A DNA stretch of 64,000 nt from an uncultured Sedimenticola sp. GTDB taxonomy: Bacteria; Pseudomonadota; Gammaproteobacteria; Chromatiales; Chromatiaceae. The position numbers and the translations under genes were made by a program. Location: assembly GCA_964636335.1 (NCBI GenBank), contig CAZWRE010000156.1:10717-74716 (forward strand), written 5' to 3'. Below are positions 35,426 through 46,480 of this stretch, one piece after another. The notes below the pieces were generated by a model that had not been told where the DNA came from, made no database searches, and worked only from the letters and a program-made list of their open reading frames with translations. Positions within the stretch are counted from its first letter, which is position 1; each line of letters opens with the position of its first letter.

Positions 35426-37723
35426 TCAGGCCGGGATGCGTTCTTTTCCGGCGTATTGCTTCCGCAGTCGGCGAGCGGCTTCCACCATGTTTTCCAGGGC
35501 GGGCTTCACTTCTTCCCAGCTTCGGGTCTTCAGGCCGCAGTCGGGGTTCACCCAGAGGCGTTCGGCGGGGATGCGTTCCAGGGCCTTTTCCAGCAGCCTG
35601 AGCATGTCCTCCGTGCGGGGGATGTTGGCGGAGTGGATATCGTACACACCGGGGCCGATTTCCGCGGGGTAGTGGAAATCGCGGAAGGCATCCAGCAGCT
35701 CCATGCGTGAGCGTGAGGTCTCTATGGTGATGACATCGGCATCCATGGCGGCGATGGCTGCCATGATATCGTTGAACTCCGAGTAGCACATGTGGGTGTG
35801 GATCTGGGTGCTGTCCCGCACGCCTCCCGCGGTGATGCGGAAGGATTCCACGGCCCAATCCAGATAAGTTTTCCAGTCCGCCCTGCGCAGGGGCAGGCCT
35901 TCACGCAGGGCGGCCTCGTCAATCTGGATGATGCCGATCCCCGCCTGTTCAAGATCCAGCACCTCGTCGCGCAGGGCCAGGGCCAACTGGCGGCAGGTGA
36001 TGGCGCGGGGCTGATCGTCGCGCACGAAGGACCAGTTGAGAATGGTGACGGGGCCGGTGAGCATGCCTTTCATGGGGCGTTCGCTGAGTGACTGGGCGTA
36101 ACGGGACCACTCCACCGTCATGGGTGCGGGACGGCTCACGTCGCCGAACAGGATGGGGGGCTTCACGCAACGGGAGCCGTAGGACTGTACCCAGCCGAAA
36201 CGGGTGAAGGCGAAGCCCCGGAGCTGTTCGCCGAAGTATTCCACCATGTCATTGCGCTCCGCCTCGCCGTGAACCAGCACGTCCAGGTCCAGGGCCTTCT
36301 GAACCTCCACGACGGCGCGGATCTCGTCGCGCATCCGCCGGCGGTAGCCCGCTTCATCCAGACGGCCCAGGCGGAAATCCTTGCGTGTCCGGCGGATTTC
36401 CGCTGTCTGGGGGAAGGAGCCAATGGTGGTGGTGGGAAACAGGGGCAGGCTGATCTGCCGGGGACGGCGTTCCGCGTAGCTGCTGTTGCGTTGCGCCATA
36501 TCCGGGGTGAGGGACCGCAGCCGTTGCTGAACCTCGGGGGCGTGAATCCTCGGGGACAGGCGCCGGCCTTCGGCGGCGCTGAAGTTGTCCGCCAGCAGTT
36601 CCTTGCGGTTTTCGGCGCCGGCCTGCAGGCATTTCTTCAGCAGTGAAAGCTCATCCAGTTTCTGCACGGCAAAGGCCAGCCAGCTTTTCAGTTCTTCATC
36701 CAGTTCGGTTTCCGAGGACAGGTCCACGGGGACATGGAGCAGGGAACAGGAGGGGGCCAGCCAGAGGCGATTACCCAGTCGCTGTTTCAGGGGGGCCAGC
36801 TTTTCCAGCAGTTTGCTCAGGTTGGCACGCCATATATTGCGTCCGTCGATGATGCCCGCGGACAGAATCTTGTAGGCGGGCAGGTGATCGGCGAGGCTGA
36901 TCAGCTCCTCGGGTGCCCGCACCGCGTCCAGGTGCAGGCCGTCCACGGGAAGGTGGGCCGCCAGGTGCAGGTTGTCCCGCAGGGGGCCAAAGTAGGTGGC
37001 CAGCAGCAGCTTCACCGGTGCCGTGTGCAGGCGGTTGTAGGCACTCTCGAAGGCCTGTTTCCAGTTGCCGGGCAGATCCAGCGCCAGGGCGGGTTCATCC
37101 AGTTGCACCCACTCCACGCCCAGGTCGGCCAGGCGCCGGAGTATTTCGCCATAGGTTTCCACCAGACTGTCCAGCAGTTCGAGGCGGTCGAATTCCTCCT
37201 TCTCGGCCTTGCTTAGCCATAGCCAGGTCAGGGGACCGGGCAATACCGGCTTGATGGTTTCGTGCCCCAGGGCGCGGGCTTCGCGCACTTCCTCGAACAG
37301 CTTTTCGCTGCTGATGTGAAACGCCTGTCCCGGCCGTAGTTCCGGGACGATGAAATGATAGTTGGTATCGAACCATTTGGTCATTTCTCCCGCCGCCACG
37401 GGATTGCCGTCGGCATCGCGTCCCCGGGCGATACAGAAGGCGGCATCGGCATGGCTGTGTCTGCCGAGGTCGCCGAAACGCTGGGGGATGGCGCCCAGCA
37501 GGAGGCTGTTGTCCAGTACCTGGTCATAGAGAGAGAAGTCGTTGACCGGCAGCAGATCCATTCCTGCGTCTTTCTGCAGTTGCCAGTGGCGGGCGCGCAG
37601 GGATATGGCGGTGGATTCGAGTCCCTTCGCGTTGTCTTCACCGCGCCAGTAGCGTTCCAGAGCGAACTTGAGCTCGCGTTGATGTCCGATGCGGGGAAAG
37701 CCGAGGTTGTGCAGGGTGGTCAT
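35426..37723 (-). CDS. metE: cobalamin-independent methionine synthase
   Basis: [36 protein letters not shown] and [11 protein letters not shown]. Confidence 0.98.
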   Translation of the reverse strand: MTTLHNLGFPRIGHQRELKFALERYWRGEDNAKGLESTAISLRARHWQLQKDAGMDLLPVNDFSLYDQVLDNSLLLGAIPQRFGDLGRHSHADAAFCIARGRDADGNPVAAGEMTKWFDTNYHFIVPELRPGQAFHISSEKLFEEVREARALGHETIKPVLPGPLTWLWLSKAEKEEFDRLELLDSLVETYGEILRRLADLGVEWVQLDEPALALDLPGNWKQAFESAYNRLHTAPVKLLLATYFGPLRDNLHLAAHLPVDGLHLDAVRAPEELISLADHLPAYKILSAGIIDGRNIWRANLSKLLEKLAPLKQRLGNRLWLAPSCSLLHVPVDLSSETELDEELKSWLAFAVQKLDELSLLKKCLQAGAENRKELLADNFSAAEGRRLSPRIHAPEVQQRLRSLTPDMAQRNSSYAERRPRQISLPLFPTTTIGSFPQTAEIRRTRKDFRLGRLDEAGYRRRMRDEIRAVVEVQKALDLDVLVHGEAERNDMVEYFGEQLRGFAFTRFGWVQSYGSRCVKPPILFGDVSRPAPMTVEWSRYAQSLSERPMKGMLTGPVTILNWSFVRDDQPRAITCRQLALALRDEVLDLEQAGIGIIQIDEAALREGLPLRRADWKTYLDWAVESFRITAGGVRDSTQIHTHMCYSEFNDIMAAIAAMDADVITIETSRSRMELLDAFRDFHYPAEIGPGVYDIHSANIPRTEDMLRLLEKALERIPAERLWVNPDCGLKTRSWEEVKPALENMVEAARRLRKQYAGKERIPA

Positions 37724-37783
37724 GATGTCGATCCATGGTGGTTGAAAAGCCGCTATTCTGTTTCAGGTGTAACATCAGTACAA

Positions 37784-37798
37784 TTGATGAATAATCAA
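37784..37798. promoter_or_regulatory. putative MetR (LysR) binding site in the divergent metE/metR promoter
   Basis: TTGAT-GAATA-ATCAA dyad containing T-N11-A, in an AT-rich intergenic region. Confidence 0.55.
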
Positions 37799-37817
37799 CT
37801 AATCATTAATTCTTCTC

Positions 37818-38756
37818 ATGTTTCTGCGTGTCTCTCATCTCCAGTGCGTGCTGACCCTGGCGGAAACCGGCAGCCTCACGGCCGCGGCCGAACGCCTGCA
37901 CCTGACCCAGTCGGCGCTCTCTCACCAGGTAAAGGGGCTGGAAGAACATTTTCGGATCACCCTGTTCCGGCGCAAGAGCCGTCCCCTGCGGTTCACCCCG
38001 GCGGGGGAGCGCCTGCTTTCCCTGGCCAGGGAGGTACTGCCCCGGCTGGAGGAATGTGAAGGCACCCTGGCGAGAATGGGTGAAGGAAGGCATGGGCGGC
38101 TGCACATCGCCATTGAATGCCACAGTTGCTTTCAGTGGCTGATGCCTGCCCTGGACAGCTACCGGGAGTCCTGGCCGGAGGTGGAACTGGACCTGACCCA
38201 GGCTCACAGTTTCGAGCCCCTGCCGGCCCTGCGCTCGGGGCGCATCGACCTGGTCATCAGTTCGGATCTGCGCCCGGCTCCGGGACTGGCGTTTCAGCCC
38301 CTGTTCAGCTACGAGTCCCTGCTGGTGGTGGCAGCCGACCATCCCCTGGCTGAGCGGGATTATGTGCTGCCCGCCGACCTGAAGAGCGAGACCCTGATTA
38401 CCTATCCCGTGGATTACGGGAGACTGGATGTGTTTTCCCGGTTCCTGCTGCCGGCGGCTGTTCAGCCCGCCGCTGTGAGACACGTGGAGCTGACACCCCT
38501 GGTCATTCAGCTTGTGGCCAGTGGGCGAGGGGTGGCGGTGCTGCCCGGCTGGGCCCTGCAGGAATATCTGCAGGCCGGGCAGTTGAAGACCATACGCCTG
38601 GGACCCGAAGGCGTGCAGGCGACCCTGTATGCGGTGATCAGGGAGGAAGATGCGGCGAGGGACTACATGCGCAGTTTTCTCGAACAGACTCATCGAACCT
38701 GTTTTTCACGCTTGCCTGGCATCCTGGAGCCTGCCGGAGCGGGAATGGATCATTGA
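37818..38756 (+). CDS. metR: LysR-family regulator MetR
   Basis: LHLTQSALSHQ HTH and IECHSCFQWLMP signature; divergent from metE. Confidence 0.95.
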   Translation: MFLRVSHLQCVLTLAETGSLTAAAERLHLTQSALSHQVKGLEEHFRITLFRRKSRPLRFTPAGERLLSLAREVLPRLEECEGTLARMGEGRHGRLHIAIECHSCFQWLMPALDSYRESWPEVELDLTQAHSFEPLPALRSGRIDLVISSDLRPAPGLAFQPLFSYESLLVVAADHPLAERDYVLPADLKSETLITYPVDYGRLDVFSRFLLPAAVQPAAVRHVELTPLVIQLVASGRGVAVLPGWALQEYLQAGQLKTIRLGPEGVQATLYAVIREEDAARDYMRSFLEQTHRTCFSRLPGILEPAGAGMDH

Positions 38757-38909
38757 TGCCAGGGCCGCTGGTCGATGTGAATTGCCCGTTCGCGCGGGAT
38801 AATAGTTGGTGGCCGACATTGCTCCTGGGATACAATCAGCGGCGAGGTGCGCCGGTTTTCGGGAAGGATTCGGGCGCAGGACGACATCATAAACAAGGAA
38901 TCGGAACCA

Positions 38910-40202
38910 ATGAACGTGAATTCTTCATCTGTTATAGGCGTCGTGGGCCTGGGTTATGTGGGCCTGCCCCTGGCTATCGAGTTTGGCAAGAAATACCAGA
39001 CCATAGGGCTGGATCTGAAGGAAGAGGTCATCGCCTGCTACCGTGGCGGGACAGACCCGACGGGAGAAGTCGCCAATGAAGAATTTTCGGCAGCGGACAA
39101 ACTGAGCTTTACGACCAATGCGAAGGATCTGTCTGATGCCGACTACCTTATCGTGGCTGTGCCCACTCCCATAGACGAGGCCAACCAGCCGGATCTCTCC
39201 CCCCTGGTGGGCGCTACCCGCACCGCCGGGCAGGTGATGAAGAAGGGCGCTGTCGTAGTGTTCGAGTCCACGGTCTATCCGGGGCTCACGGAAGAGATCT
39301 GTGTGCCTATCCTGGAAGAAGAGTCCGGCCTGAAATGGAAGCAGGACTTTCACGTGGGCTACTCTCCGGAACGTATCAACCCCGGGGACAAGGTGCATAC
39401 CCTGACGCGTATCGTGAAGGTGGTTTCCGGTGATGACCAGGCCTGCCTGGATGCGGTTGCCGCGTTGTACGAGTCCATCATCGAGGCGGGCGTGTTCCGC
39501 GCCGCGTCCATCAGGGAAGCCGAAGCGGCAAAGGTCATCGAGAATACCCAGCGGGATCTGAACATCGCGCTCATCAATGAGCTGGCCATCATTTTCGACC
39601 GCCTGGGCATTGATACCCTGCACGTGCTGGAGGCGGCGGGATCCAAGTGGAATTTCCTGCCTTTCCGTCCCGGTCTGGTTGGCGGGCATTGCATCGGCGT
39701 GGATCCCTATTACCTCACCCACAAGGCGGAGGCCGTGGGCTACAACCCGCAGGTCATTCTTGCCGGTCGGCGCATCAACGTCAACATGGGCAAGTTCGTG
39801 GCCGAGAAGGCGGTGAAGCTGATGTTGTCCAACAATCATCAGCCCGGGGTGAGCAAGGTGGGCATACTGGGCCTGACCTTCAAGGAAGACTGCCCGGATC
39901 TGCGTAATTCCAAGGTGGTGGATATCATCAGCGAGCTGGAGGAATACGGCATAGAGCCCATGGTGTACGATCCCGTGGCGGACAGGGAGCAGGCCGAAGC
40001 CTACATGGGCAAGACCATGTCCGAGCTTTCCGATTTCAGGAACCTGGGCGCCCTGATCATCGCCGTGCCCCATGAACAGTTCCGCAACATGCCCGCCCGG
40101 GATTTCGTGGACATGCTGTCGGAAGACGGTTGCCTGCTGGACGTGAAGTCCATGCTGGATCTGGCGCAGATTCCCGAAAACACCAATTTCTGGCGGTTGT
40201 GA
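38910..40202 (+). CDS. UDP-N-acetylhexosamine 6-dehydrogenase (WbpO/TviB-like)
   Basis: [37 protein letters not shown] and [11 protein letters not shown]. Confidence 0.93.
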   Translation: MNVNSSSVIGVVGLGYVGLPLAIEFGKKYQTIGLDLKEEVIACYRGGTDPTGEVANEEFSAADKLSFTTNAKDLSDADYLIVAVPTPIDEANQPDLSPLVGATRTAGQVMKKGAVVVFESTVYPGLTEEICVPILEEESGLKWKQDFHVGYSPERINPGDKVHTLTRIVKVVSGDDQACLDAVAALYESIIEAGVFRAASIREAEAAKVIENTQRDLNIALINELAIIFDRLGIDTLHVLEAAGSKWNFLPFRPGLVGGHCIGVDPYYLTHKAEAVGYNPQVILAGRRINVNMGKFVAEKAVKLMLSNNHQPGVSKVGILGLTFKEDCPDLRNSKVVDIISELEEYGIEPMVYDPVADREQAEAYMGKTMSELSDFRNLGALIIAVPHEQFRNMPARDFVDMLSEDGCLLDVKSMLDLAQIPENTNFWRL

Positions 40203-40204
40203 AC

Positions 40205-41248
40205 ATGAATGCTTCGAAAGGCGCCTATGCGGATCTGCAGGTGCGTCTGAAAGAGGATCCCGCCATCTGGTTGATAACCGGGGTGGCGGGCTTCATTGGC
40301 TCCAATCTGCTGGAAACCCTGCTCAAGCTGGACCAGAAAGTGGTGGGCCTGGACAATTTTTCAACGGGTTTTCAACACAACCTGGATGAAGTGAAGTCCC
40401 TGGTGACATCGGATCAGTGGCGGAATTTCACCTTCATCGAGGGAGATATCCGCAGCCCCGAAGACTGCGCCCGGGCCTGTTCCCATGCGGATTATGTGCT
40501 GCACCAGGCCGCCCTCGGTTCCGTGCCGCGTTCCGTGGAAGATCCGGCGTTGACCAACGAGAACAACATCACGGGTTTTCTGAACATGCTCATTGCCGCG
40601 CGGGACGCCGGGGTGAAGCGGTTTGTCTATGCGGCCTCCAGTTCCACCTACGGGGATCATCCCGGTCTGCCCAAGGTGGAAGATCGTATCGGCAATCCGC
40701 TTTCTCCCTATGCCGTGACCAAGCTGGTGAACGAGCTGTATGCACAGGTGTTTGCCCGTACCTATGATTTCAGGACCATCGGGCTGCGCTATTTCAATAT
40801 CTTCGGCCGGCGCCAGGATCCCGATGGTGCCTATGCAGCGGTCATTCCAAAGTGGTTTGCCGCCCTCATCAAGGGAGATACCCTGTACATCAACGGTGAT
40901 GGCAGCACCAGCCGGGATTTCTGCTATATCGACAACTGCGTGCAGGCGAACCTGCTTGCCGCAACCACGGACAACGAGGCGGCGGTGGACCAGGTGTATA
41001 ACGTGGCCTATGGTGAACGGACATCGCTGAACGAGCTGTTCAGGCTGATTCGGGATCGTGTGTGTCCGGCATATCCCGCCGCTGCCGAGGTGGAACCTGT
41101 CTATCGGGACTTTCGCGTGGGGGATGTGTTGCATTCCCTGGCCGATATCGGCAAGGCCAGGGATCTGCTGGGTTATGCGCCGAAGTATTCCATTACCCAG
41201 GGTCTGGACGAGGCAGCCGGCTGGTATCTGGAGCACCTGGCCGGCTGA
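40205..41248 (+). CDS. UDP-GlcNAc 4-epimerase (WbpP/TviC-like SDR)
   Basis: [39 protein letters not shown] and RYFNIFG. Confidence 0.93.
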   Translation: MNASKGAYADLQVRLKEDPAIWLITGVAGFIGSNLLETLLKLDQKVVGLDNFSTGFQHNLDEVKSLVTSDQWRNFTFIEGDIRSPEDCARACSHADYVLHQAALGSVPRSVEDPALTNENNITGFLNMLIAARDAGVKRFVYAASSSTYGDHPGLPKVEDRIGNPLSPYAVTKLVNELYAQVFARTYDFRTIGLRYFNIFGRRQDPDGAYAAVIPKWFAALIKGDTLYINGDGSTSRDFCYIDNCVQANLLAATTDNEAAVDQVYNVAYGERTSLNELFRLIRDRVCPAYPAAAEVEPVYRDFRVGDVLHSLADIGKARDLLGYAPKYSITQGLDEAAGWYLEHLAG

Positions 41249-41258
41249 CCGGCTTCCG

Positions 41259-41275
41259 CCCCGTGAAACACGGGG
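41259..41275. terminator. hairpin between convergent genes
   Basis: CCCCGTG-AAA-CACGGGG, no U-tract. Confidence 0.35.
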
Positions 41276-42079
41276 TCAGCGGCGAGCCGCCAGTTTCTGG
41301 TAGAGACGATGGTAGCGCTCGTTGCCCAGCAGTTTCCGCAGTCCTTTCTTGGCCAGCTGCAGACTGCGTTTTCTGATTGCGTAGCGGCGATCACCCGTGA
41401 CCATGGCTGAGAATTCGGACAGGTTCATGTTGTGCCGTATGGCGTAACGGCCAATAAGCAAGGGAGACCTGTTGAACAGGGGGGCGCGAACTTCAGAAGT
41501 AAACAGGCTCCTGTAGCCCAGGCTTTCTGCAAGCGTCAGCACGACTGCGTTGTATCTTCCGCCCGGGAAGGACATGGTGGTGCAGGGCACGCCCGTGCAG
41601 GATTCGATCTGTTCCCTGGACATCCGCAGTTCCCGGCCTGCATGGTCCTGATCCAGTTCGTCCAGGAAGCGATGGCTTGCGCCATGCCCACCAATTACAT
41701 GCCCGGCATCATGCAGCTCCTTCACCTCCTGCCAGTTCAGGAAATGGCTGTCCACTCCGATTTTGTCGGTGCTAAGGAACATGAACGCCGTATGCCCGTA
41801 TTCCGCGAGAATGGGCAGGACATGGCGATGGAAGCTCTGGTGTCCGTCATCGAAGGTGAGAACCACGGCATGTCGTTGACGCAGGCTCTGATGAGGGTTT
41901 TCTTCCGTCCTCCGGGCGGAAAGCACCGGAATGCCCTTGTCCGCCAACAGTTGAAGCTGTTGCCGAAACTGGTGGGTGGACAGGCTGTAGGGCCTGTCGT
42001 CGGGATGCAGCTCCAGATACTCATCTTCTCCTTCGTAGAGGCAGTGGTACATGAGGCAAATGGTGTGATCGGATATCAT
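41276..42079 (-). CDS. polysaccharide deacetylase (CE4, IcaB/PgaB-like)
   Basis: LMYH, LTFDDG, GGHGASH and SFPGG motifs. Confidence 0.88.
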   Translation of the reverse strand: MISDHTICLMYHCLYEGEDEYLELHPDDRPYSLSTHQFRQQLQLLADKGIPVLSARRTEENPHQSLRQRHAVVLTFDDGHQSFHRHVLPILAEYGHTAFMFLSTDKIGVDSHFLNWQEVKELHDAGHVIGGHGASHRFLDELDQDHAGRELRMSREQIESCTGVPCTTMSFPGGRYNAVVLTLAESLGYRSLFTSEVRAPLFNRSPLLIGRYAIRHNMNLSEFSAMVTGDRRYAIRKRSLQLAKKGLRKLLGNERYHRLYQKLAARR

Positions 42080-42197
42080 GGCGTCCTGTCCGTGGTGGCT
42101 GGATGATCATGGTATCCAAGCCTGTTTCGGGGAACAACAGCTTTGGCGTTGTCAGGACCGTTAAGCTGGTGTAACGTCCTGACAGAAGGAGGAGAAC

Positions 42198-43070
42198 ATG
42201 AGGTATGGAAAATCATTGATTGCCCGAGTTGTCCTGGGAGCCATTTTCCTGGTTCTCGGCGCCTGTGGTGATGACAGCATGAAACAGGAAGCCATTCCCC
42301 TGCCAGTCCTTTCACCGGAGCAGATCAAGGCGCTTTCAGGCAAGACCTTCTATTTTGCCCATCAGTCTGTTGGATACAACATAGTCGATGGTGTGGAAAA
42401 GGTATTGGCCCGCATGGGCCTGCCCGGATTGTTCACCATCAAGGAGCTCAAGCCGGGCGAACCGGTGCCTCCTGCGGGTCTGTTGCATTCCGCTATAGGG
42501 AGCAATGGTGATCCGGGCAGCAAGATGAAGGAATTCCAGATTTTCCTGGAAAATCGTCTGGGAGACAGTCGCCCGGATATGGCCATGCTGAAATTCTGCT
42601 ATCTGGATATCGGCAAGGAGACGGATGTACCGGCGCTGGTGGATGAATATGCCGGTACCATGTCCAGGCTGCAGGAGGAGTTTCCCCAGACCGTTTTTCT
42701 GTATTCCACCGTTCCCCTGCGGGTGTTCGACAGCAGCGTAAAGGCAAGTTTGAAACGCCTGTTAGGAATGGAGGTCTGGGGGGATCAGGCCAACATCAAG
42801 CGAAATGAATACAATACAATGATCCGTAGCAAATATTCCGCCAGCGGACATCTGGCGGACGTGGCCGATTGGGAGTCGCGTTTCCCGGATGGCAGGGAAT
42901 ACCGGGTAAAGGTGCTGGGTGGCGAGTATGCCGCGCTCATCCCGGCTTATACTGATGATGGCAAACACCTGAATGCCTATGGGCAACAGGTTGTTGCCGG
43001 ACGTCTGCTGGCGTTTCTTGCGCGGCTGGTAACAGGACAGCCGGGCGGTGATGTGGCAGGGAATAACTGA
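42198..43070 (+). CDS. lipoprotein, putative SGNH-like esterase/acyltransferase
   Basis: Lipobox LGAC; FAHQSVG (block I-like Ser) and TDDGKHLN (DxxH); GGAGGAG RBS. Confidence 0.6.
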   Translation: MRYGKSLIARVVLGAIFLVLGACGDDSMKQEAIPLPVLSPEQIKALSGKTFYFAHQSVGYNIVDGVEKVLARMGLPGLFTIKELKPGEPVPPAGLLHSAIGSNGDPGSKMKEFQIFLENRLGDSRPDMAMLKFCYLDIGKETDVPALVDEYAGTMSRLQEEFPQTVFLYSTVPLRVFDSSVKASLKRLLGMEVWGDQANIKRNEYNTMIRSKYSASGHLADVADWESRFPDGREYRVKVLGGEYAALIPAYTDDGKHLNAYGQQVVAGRLLAFLARLVTGQPGGDVAGNN

Positions 43071-43138
43071 GGAAGCCAGCACTGCCGGGCGTTGTGCCAG
43101 GCCAGTCCCGGTTTCCCGGGAAACCTTCGGGGGGGAAG

Positions 43139-44197
43139 GTGGGGTTCAGAATCATATTGGCAAACCAGGACGATCCGGAACATGTCCGGGCCATTCGCCG
43201 TTTGTGGGATGACAATCTGCGTTTTGTCGCGGAAGGTCGTTATGAGTGGTTGTACCAGGACAATCCAGCCGGGGATACCCTGACCTGCCTGGCCGTGCAT
43301 GAAGAGAAGAATGAGATTGTCGGAACGGCTTCGGCAATGCGTCGCGACTTTCATTTCGATGGAGAAGTCTGCCGGGCGGGAATAGCCATCGATTTCGCCA
43401 TCGATGCCGATTACCGGGTGTTTGGCCCGGCACTGTCGTTGCAGCGTACCTTGGTTGAAAAGGCCTGGGAACAGGGACTGGACTTCATGTTGGGCTTTCC
43501 CAATCTCGCAGCGCAGGGTGTCATCAAGCGACTGGGCTACAGGCAGATTGGTGGCGGAGTGCGCTTTTCCCGCTTGATCCGCACTCGTGGCAAGTTGAAG
43601 GAGATATTTTCCCGGCGACGGATTCCCGGATGGCTGGCGGTTCCCGCTTCCATGGTGCTGGATACAGGGCTTTACCTGCAGAGCCGCCTGGGATTGGCGC
43701 CGGGAGAAACACGCATCCTGTCGTCCATGGATGAACTGGACGGCCAATGGCAGGAATTTTGGCGGGCCAATTCCAGGCAGAGGCGGTTTCAGGGTGTGCA
43801 TGGAGAGGACTATGTACGCTGGCGATATGCGCACTGTCCCTACAAGGATTATCAACTGTTCGTCCTGCTGGATGGAGAACAGTTGGTGGCTTTCCTGGTG
43901 TTTTCATTCGATGACAACATCGTGCTGGTAGATGACTTCCGTTTTCGGCACGCCCGGTGGGTCCAGCCCCTGTTCAGGCACTTCTGGCGCAGGATGCACG
44001 GGCTCGGATATTCGGTTATCAATGTCGGACTGGTGGCAAGTGGAGAAACGGAAAAACTCATGAAGGAGGCCGGCTTCATCGCCAGGCCTTCCCCTCGCTG
44101 GGGAGGTATTCTGTCCAACCCGGAAAAGGACAGGGACTGGGCCGGGATTCTTGATCAAGGGGACTGGTACATCACCGACGGAGAGATAGATCTGTGA
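43139..44197 (+). CDS. tandem GNAT-fold acyltransferase
   Basis: WLYQDNPAG, DFAIDADYR, GFPN and YVRWRY; start chosen at GTG 43139 (the ORF extends to 43094). Confidence 0.75.
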   Translation: MGFRIILANQDDPEHVRAIRRLWDDNLRFVAEGRYEWLYQDNPAGDTLTCLAVHEEKNEIVGTASAMRRDFHFDGEVCRAGIAIDFAIDADYRVFGPALSLQRTLVEKAWEQGLDFMLGFPNLAAQGVIKRLGYRQIGGGVRFSRLIRTRGKLKEIFSRRRIPGWLAVPASMVLDTGLYLQSRLGLAPGETRILSSMDELDGQWQEFWRANSRQRRFQGVHGEDYVRWRYAHCPYKDYQLFVLLDGEQLVAFLVFSFDDNIVLVDDFRFRHARWVQPLFRHFWRRMHGLGYSVINVGLVASGETEKLMKEAGFIARPSPRWGGILSNPEKDRDWAGILDQGDWYITDGEIDL

Positions 44198-45342
44198 ACG
44201 GGCAAGTCACAATGAAGCCCCGCAGGCTGCTTTTTGTGAACTATTCCCTGGAAATGGGCGGCATAGAAACCCTGTTGCTGGAGTTGTCGCGGGCCATGAT
44301 GGCCGGTGATCGTTACCGGCCGGGTATTTGCGTGTTCGAGGCTGGTGGCAAGCTGCAGGAGGAGTTCGAGGCCATCGATGTTTCGGTACATGTGGTTCAG
44401 AAACGAAGATCCAGGGATTATCTTCTGCCCTTCAGAATGCGCAACCTGATTTGCCGGGAAGGTTATGAGCTGGTGCATGCCCACAACCAGGTTTCATGGC
44501 TCTATGGCGGCCTGGGAGCATTGTTTTCGGGGCGCCCCCTGATCTATACCGAGCATACTTCCCTGGCCAAGTTCCAGACGGCCCAGCAGAAGCATCTGAA
44601 GGGAGCCCTGAGACTGCTGGGAAAAAAGACTCGCCTGGTAACCACGGTTGCCCGGCATCTCATACCCTCGCTGGAGCAGGATATCGGCATTCCCCCTTCA
44701 CGCATCCGGAATATCTACAATGGCATCGACCCAGAGCCTTACCAGATAAATATCGACCGGGACCGGAAATTGCGGGAGCTTGGGTTGCCTCCCTCCAGCA
44801 GGATCATCGGTATCGTTGCCAGCCTGACGGAGGCCAAGGATCATGCCACCTTGTTACGCGCCCTCGCTGATGTCTTGCCGCAGGTGCCGGAAGCACGGTT
44901 GCTGATCGTTGGTGAGGGCCCGCTGGAAGCGGATATGCGCAATCTCGTGGATGAATTGGCCATTGGTGACCATGTACATTTTCTCGGTGTGCGACGGGAT
45001 ATTCCGGAGCTGCTTCAACTGTTCGATGTATTCACGCTCTCCTCGCTCATCGAGGGCCTGCCCATTTCACTGCTGGAGGCCATGGCCAGCGCCTGTCCCG
45101 TGGTCGCCACCCGTATCCCGGGTGTGGATGAGCTTGTAAGCGACGAAGCGGGAATACTGGTGCCGCATTCCAGCCCCCGGGAGCAGGCGGCAGCACTGGT
45201 GCGGGTGCTCACGGAAAATGGTCTGGCCGAGCGCCTGGGGCAGGGCGGGCGAGATCGTGTTCTGCAACAGTTCAGCTTCGACAGCATGATTCGCAGTTAC
45301 TTGTCCTGTTATGATGACGTTCTCGATGGCACGGACCGCTGA
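44194..45342 (+). CDS. GT4 glycosyltransferase
   Basis: MGGIE, VHAH, IYNGID and EGLPISLLEAMA. Confidence 0.92.
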   Translation: MNGQVTMKPRRLLFVNYSLEMGGIETLLLELSRAMMAGDRYRPGICVFEAGGKLQEEFEAIDVSVHVVQKRRSRDYLLPFRMRNLICREGYELVHAHNQVSWLYGGLGALFSGRPLIYTEHTSLAKFQTAQQKHLKGALRLLGKKTRLVTTVARHLIPSLEQDIGIPPSRIRNIYNGIDPEPYQINIDRDRKLRELGLPPSSRIIGIVASLTEAKDHATLLRALADVLPQVPEARLLIVGEGPLEADMRNLVDELAIGDHVHFLGVRRDIPELLQLFDVFTLSSLIEGLPISLLEAMASACPVVATRIPGVDELVSDEAGILVPHSSPREQAAALVRVLTENGLAERLGQGGRDRVLQQFSFDSMIRSYLSCYDDVLDGTDR

Positions 45343-45351
45343 CAGGACCCC

Positions 45352-46473
45352 ATGATATCCGCTTTTTCCGTTTCCCTGATGATTCTGGCCTATACCTATG
45401 TGGGCTACCCTCTGGTCATTACCATGCTGGCATGGTTGTTTCCCCGCCAGTCCCGGGCCGTGGAACGGGAAGATGTGCCCATGGTTTCCGCCCTGATACC
45501 TGTGTTCAATGGTGAAGCCTTCATCCAGGAGAAACTGGACAGTCTGCTCATGCAGGACTATCCCTCCGACAAGTTGGAGATTCTGATCTGCTCCGACTGC
45601 AGCAGTGACCGTACGGATGAACTGCTGGATGCTTGCGCGCGGGCGAATCCCGAAAAGGTGAAGGTTTTTCGCATGGATACGCGCACCGGCAAGCCGGGCA
45701 TTCTCAATCGATTGAGAAGGGAGGCCAGGGGCGATGTCTTGCTGATGACCGACATACGCCAGCCCCTGGATCGGAAATGCCTTGCCCACCTCGTAGCGGG
45801 ACTTGCCGATCCCGGGGTGGGGGTAGCTGGTGGCCAGCTGCTGTTGCGTGGCAAGACAGGCGCGGGGTTGTACTGGAAGTATGAGAACAGGATACGCCTG
45901 TCGGAATCGGCGTTTCGAGGTGTTACCGGCGTTTCCGGTTCGCTGTACGTGATTGCTGCTACCGACATGCGGGATCTTCCTGAAGACATTATCCTGGATG
46001 ACGTGTGGGTTCCATCCCTGCAATTGCTGCAAGGACGCAGGGTGATCCTGGTGCCGGAATCCATAGCCTGGGATCAGGCCATGCCGGACAGCCGGGAATT
46101 TGCACGCAAGATTCGCACGCTGGCGGGAAATTACCAGCTGATCTCGCGCCTGCCGGCGTTGTTGCTGCCCTGGCGAAACCCGGTCTGGTTCGAATTCATG
46201 TCTCACAAGTTGCTGCGGCTGGTGTGCCCCTGGGCGCTGGTTGCGTTACTGTTCAGCAGCGCCTTTCTGAGTTTTGACGCGCGGCAGCCGGATTTCCTGC
46301 GAGTGACGGCGGGAATATTATTGGCAGGCCAGGTGGTTTTCTACCTGCTGTCCTTCCTGGGGGAAAAGGCCGGACGCCTCGGGAGACTGGCGCGTACTTT
46401 TGTGGTGCTCAACGCGGCAGCCGTCATGGGTCTATGGCGCCACCTGCGCGGCGCCCAGAAGATTGCCTGGTAG
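45352..46473 (+). CDS. GT2 glycosyltransferase, membrane-associated
   Basis: SDCSSDRT, GK, TD, GLYWKYE, ILDD and RKIRT; TM helices at both ends. Confidence 0.9.
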   Translation: MISAFSVSLMILAYTYVGYPLVITMLAWLFPRQSRAVEREDVPMVSALIPVFNGEAFIQEKLDSLLMQDYPSDKLEILICSDCSSDRTDELLDACARANPEKVKVFRMDTRTGKPGILNRLRREARGDVLLMTDIRQPLDRKCLAHLVAGLADPGVGVAGGQLLLRGKTGAGLYWKYENRIRLSESAFRGVTGVSGSLYVIAATDMRDLPEDIILDDVWVPSLQLLQGRRVILVPESIAWDQAMPDSREFARKIRTLAGNYQLISRLPALLLPWRNPVWFEFMSHKLLRLVCPWALVALLFSSAFLSFDARQPDFLRVTAGILLAGQVVFYLLSFLGEKAGRLGRLARTFVVLNAAAVMGLWRHLRGAQKIAW

Positions 46474-46480
46474 GTGATGC

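Noticed and set aside
37724..37817. Cobalamin or SAM riboswitch before metE
   Set aside because: The gap is only ~94 bp, AT-rich, and accounted for by divergent promoters and a MetR-type site
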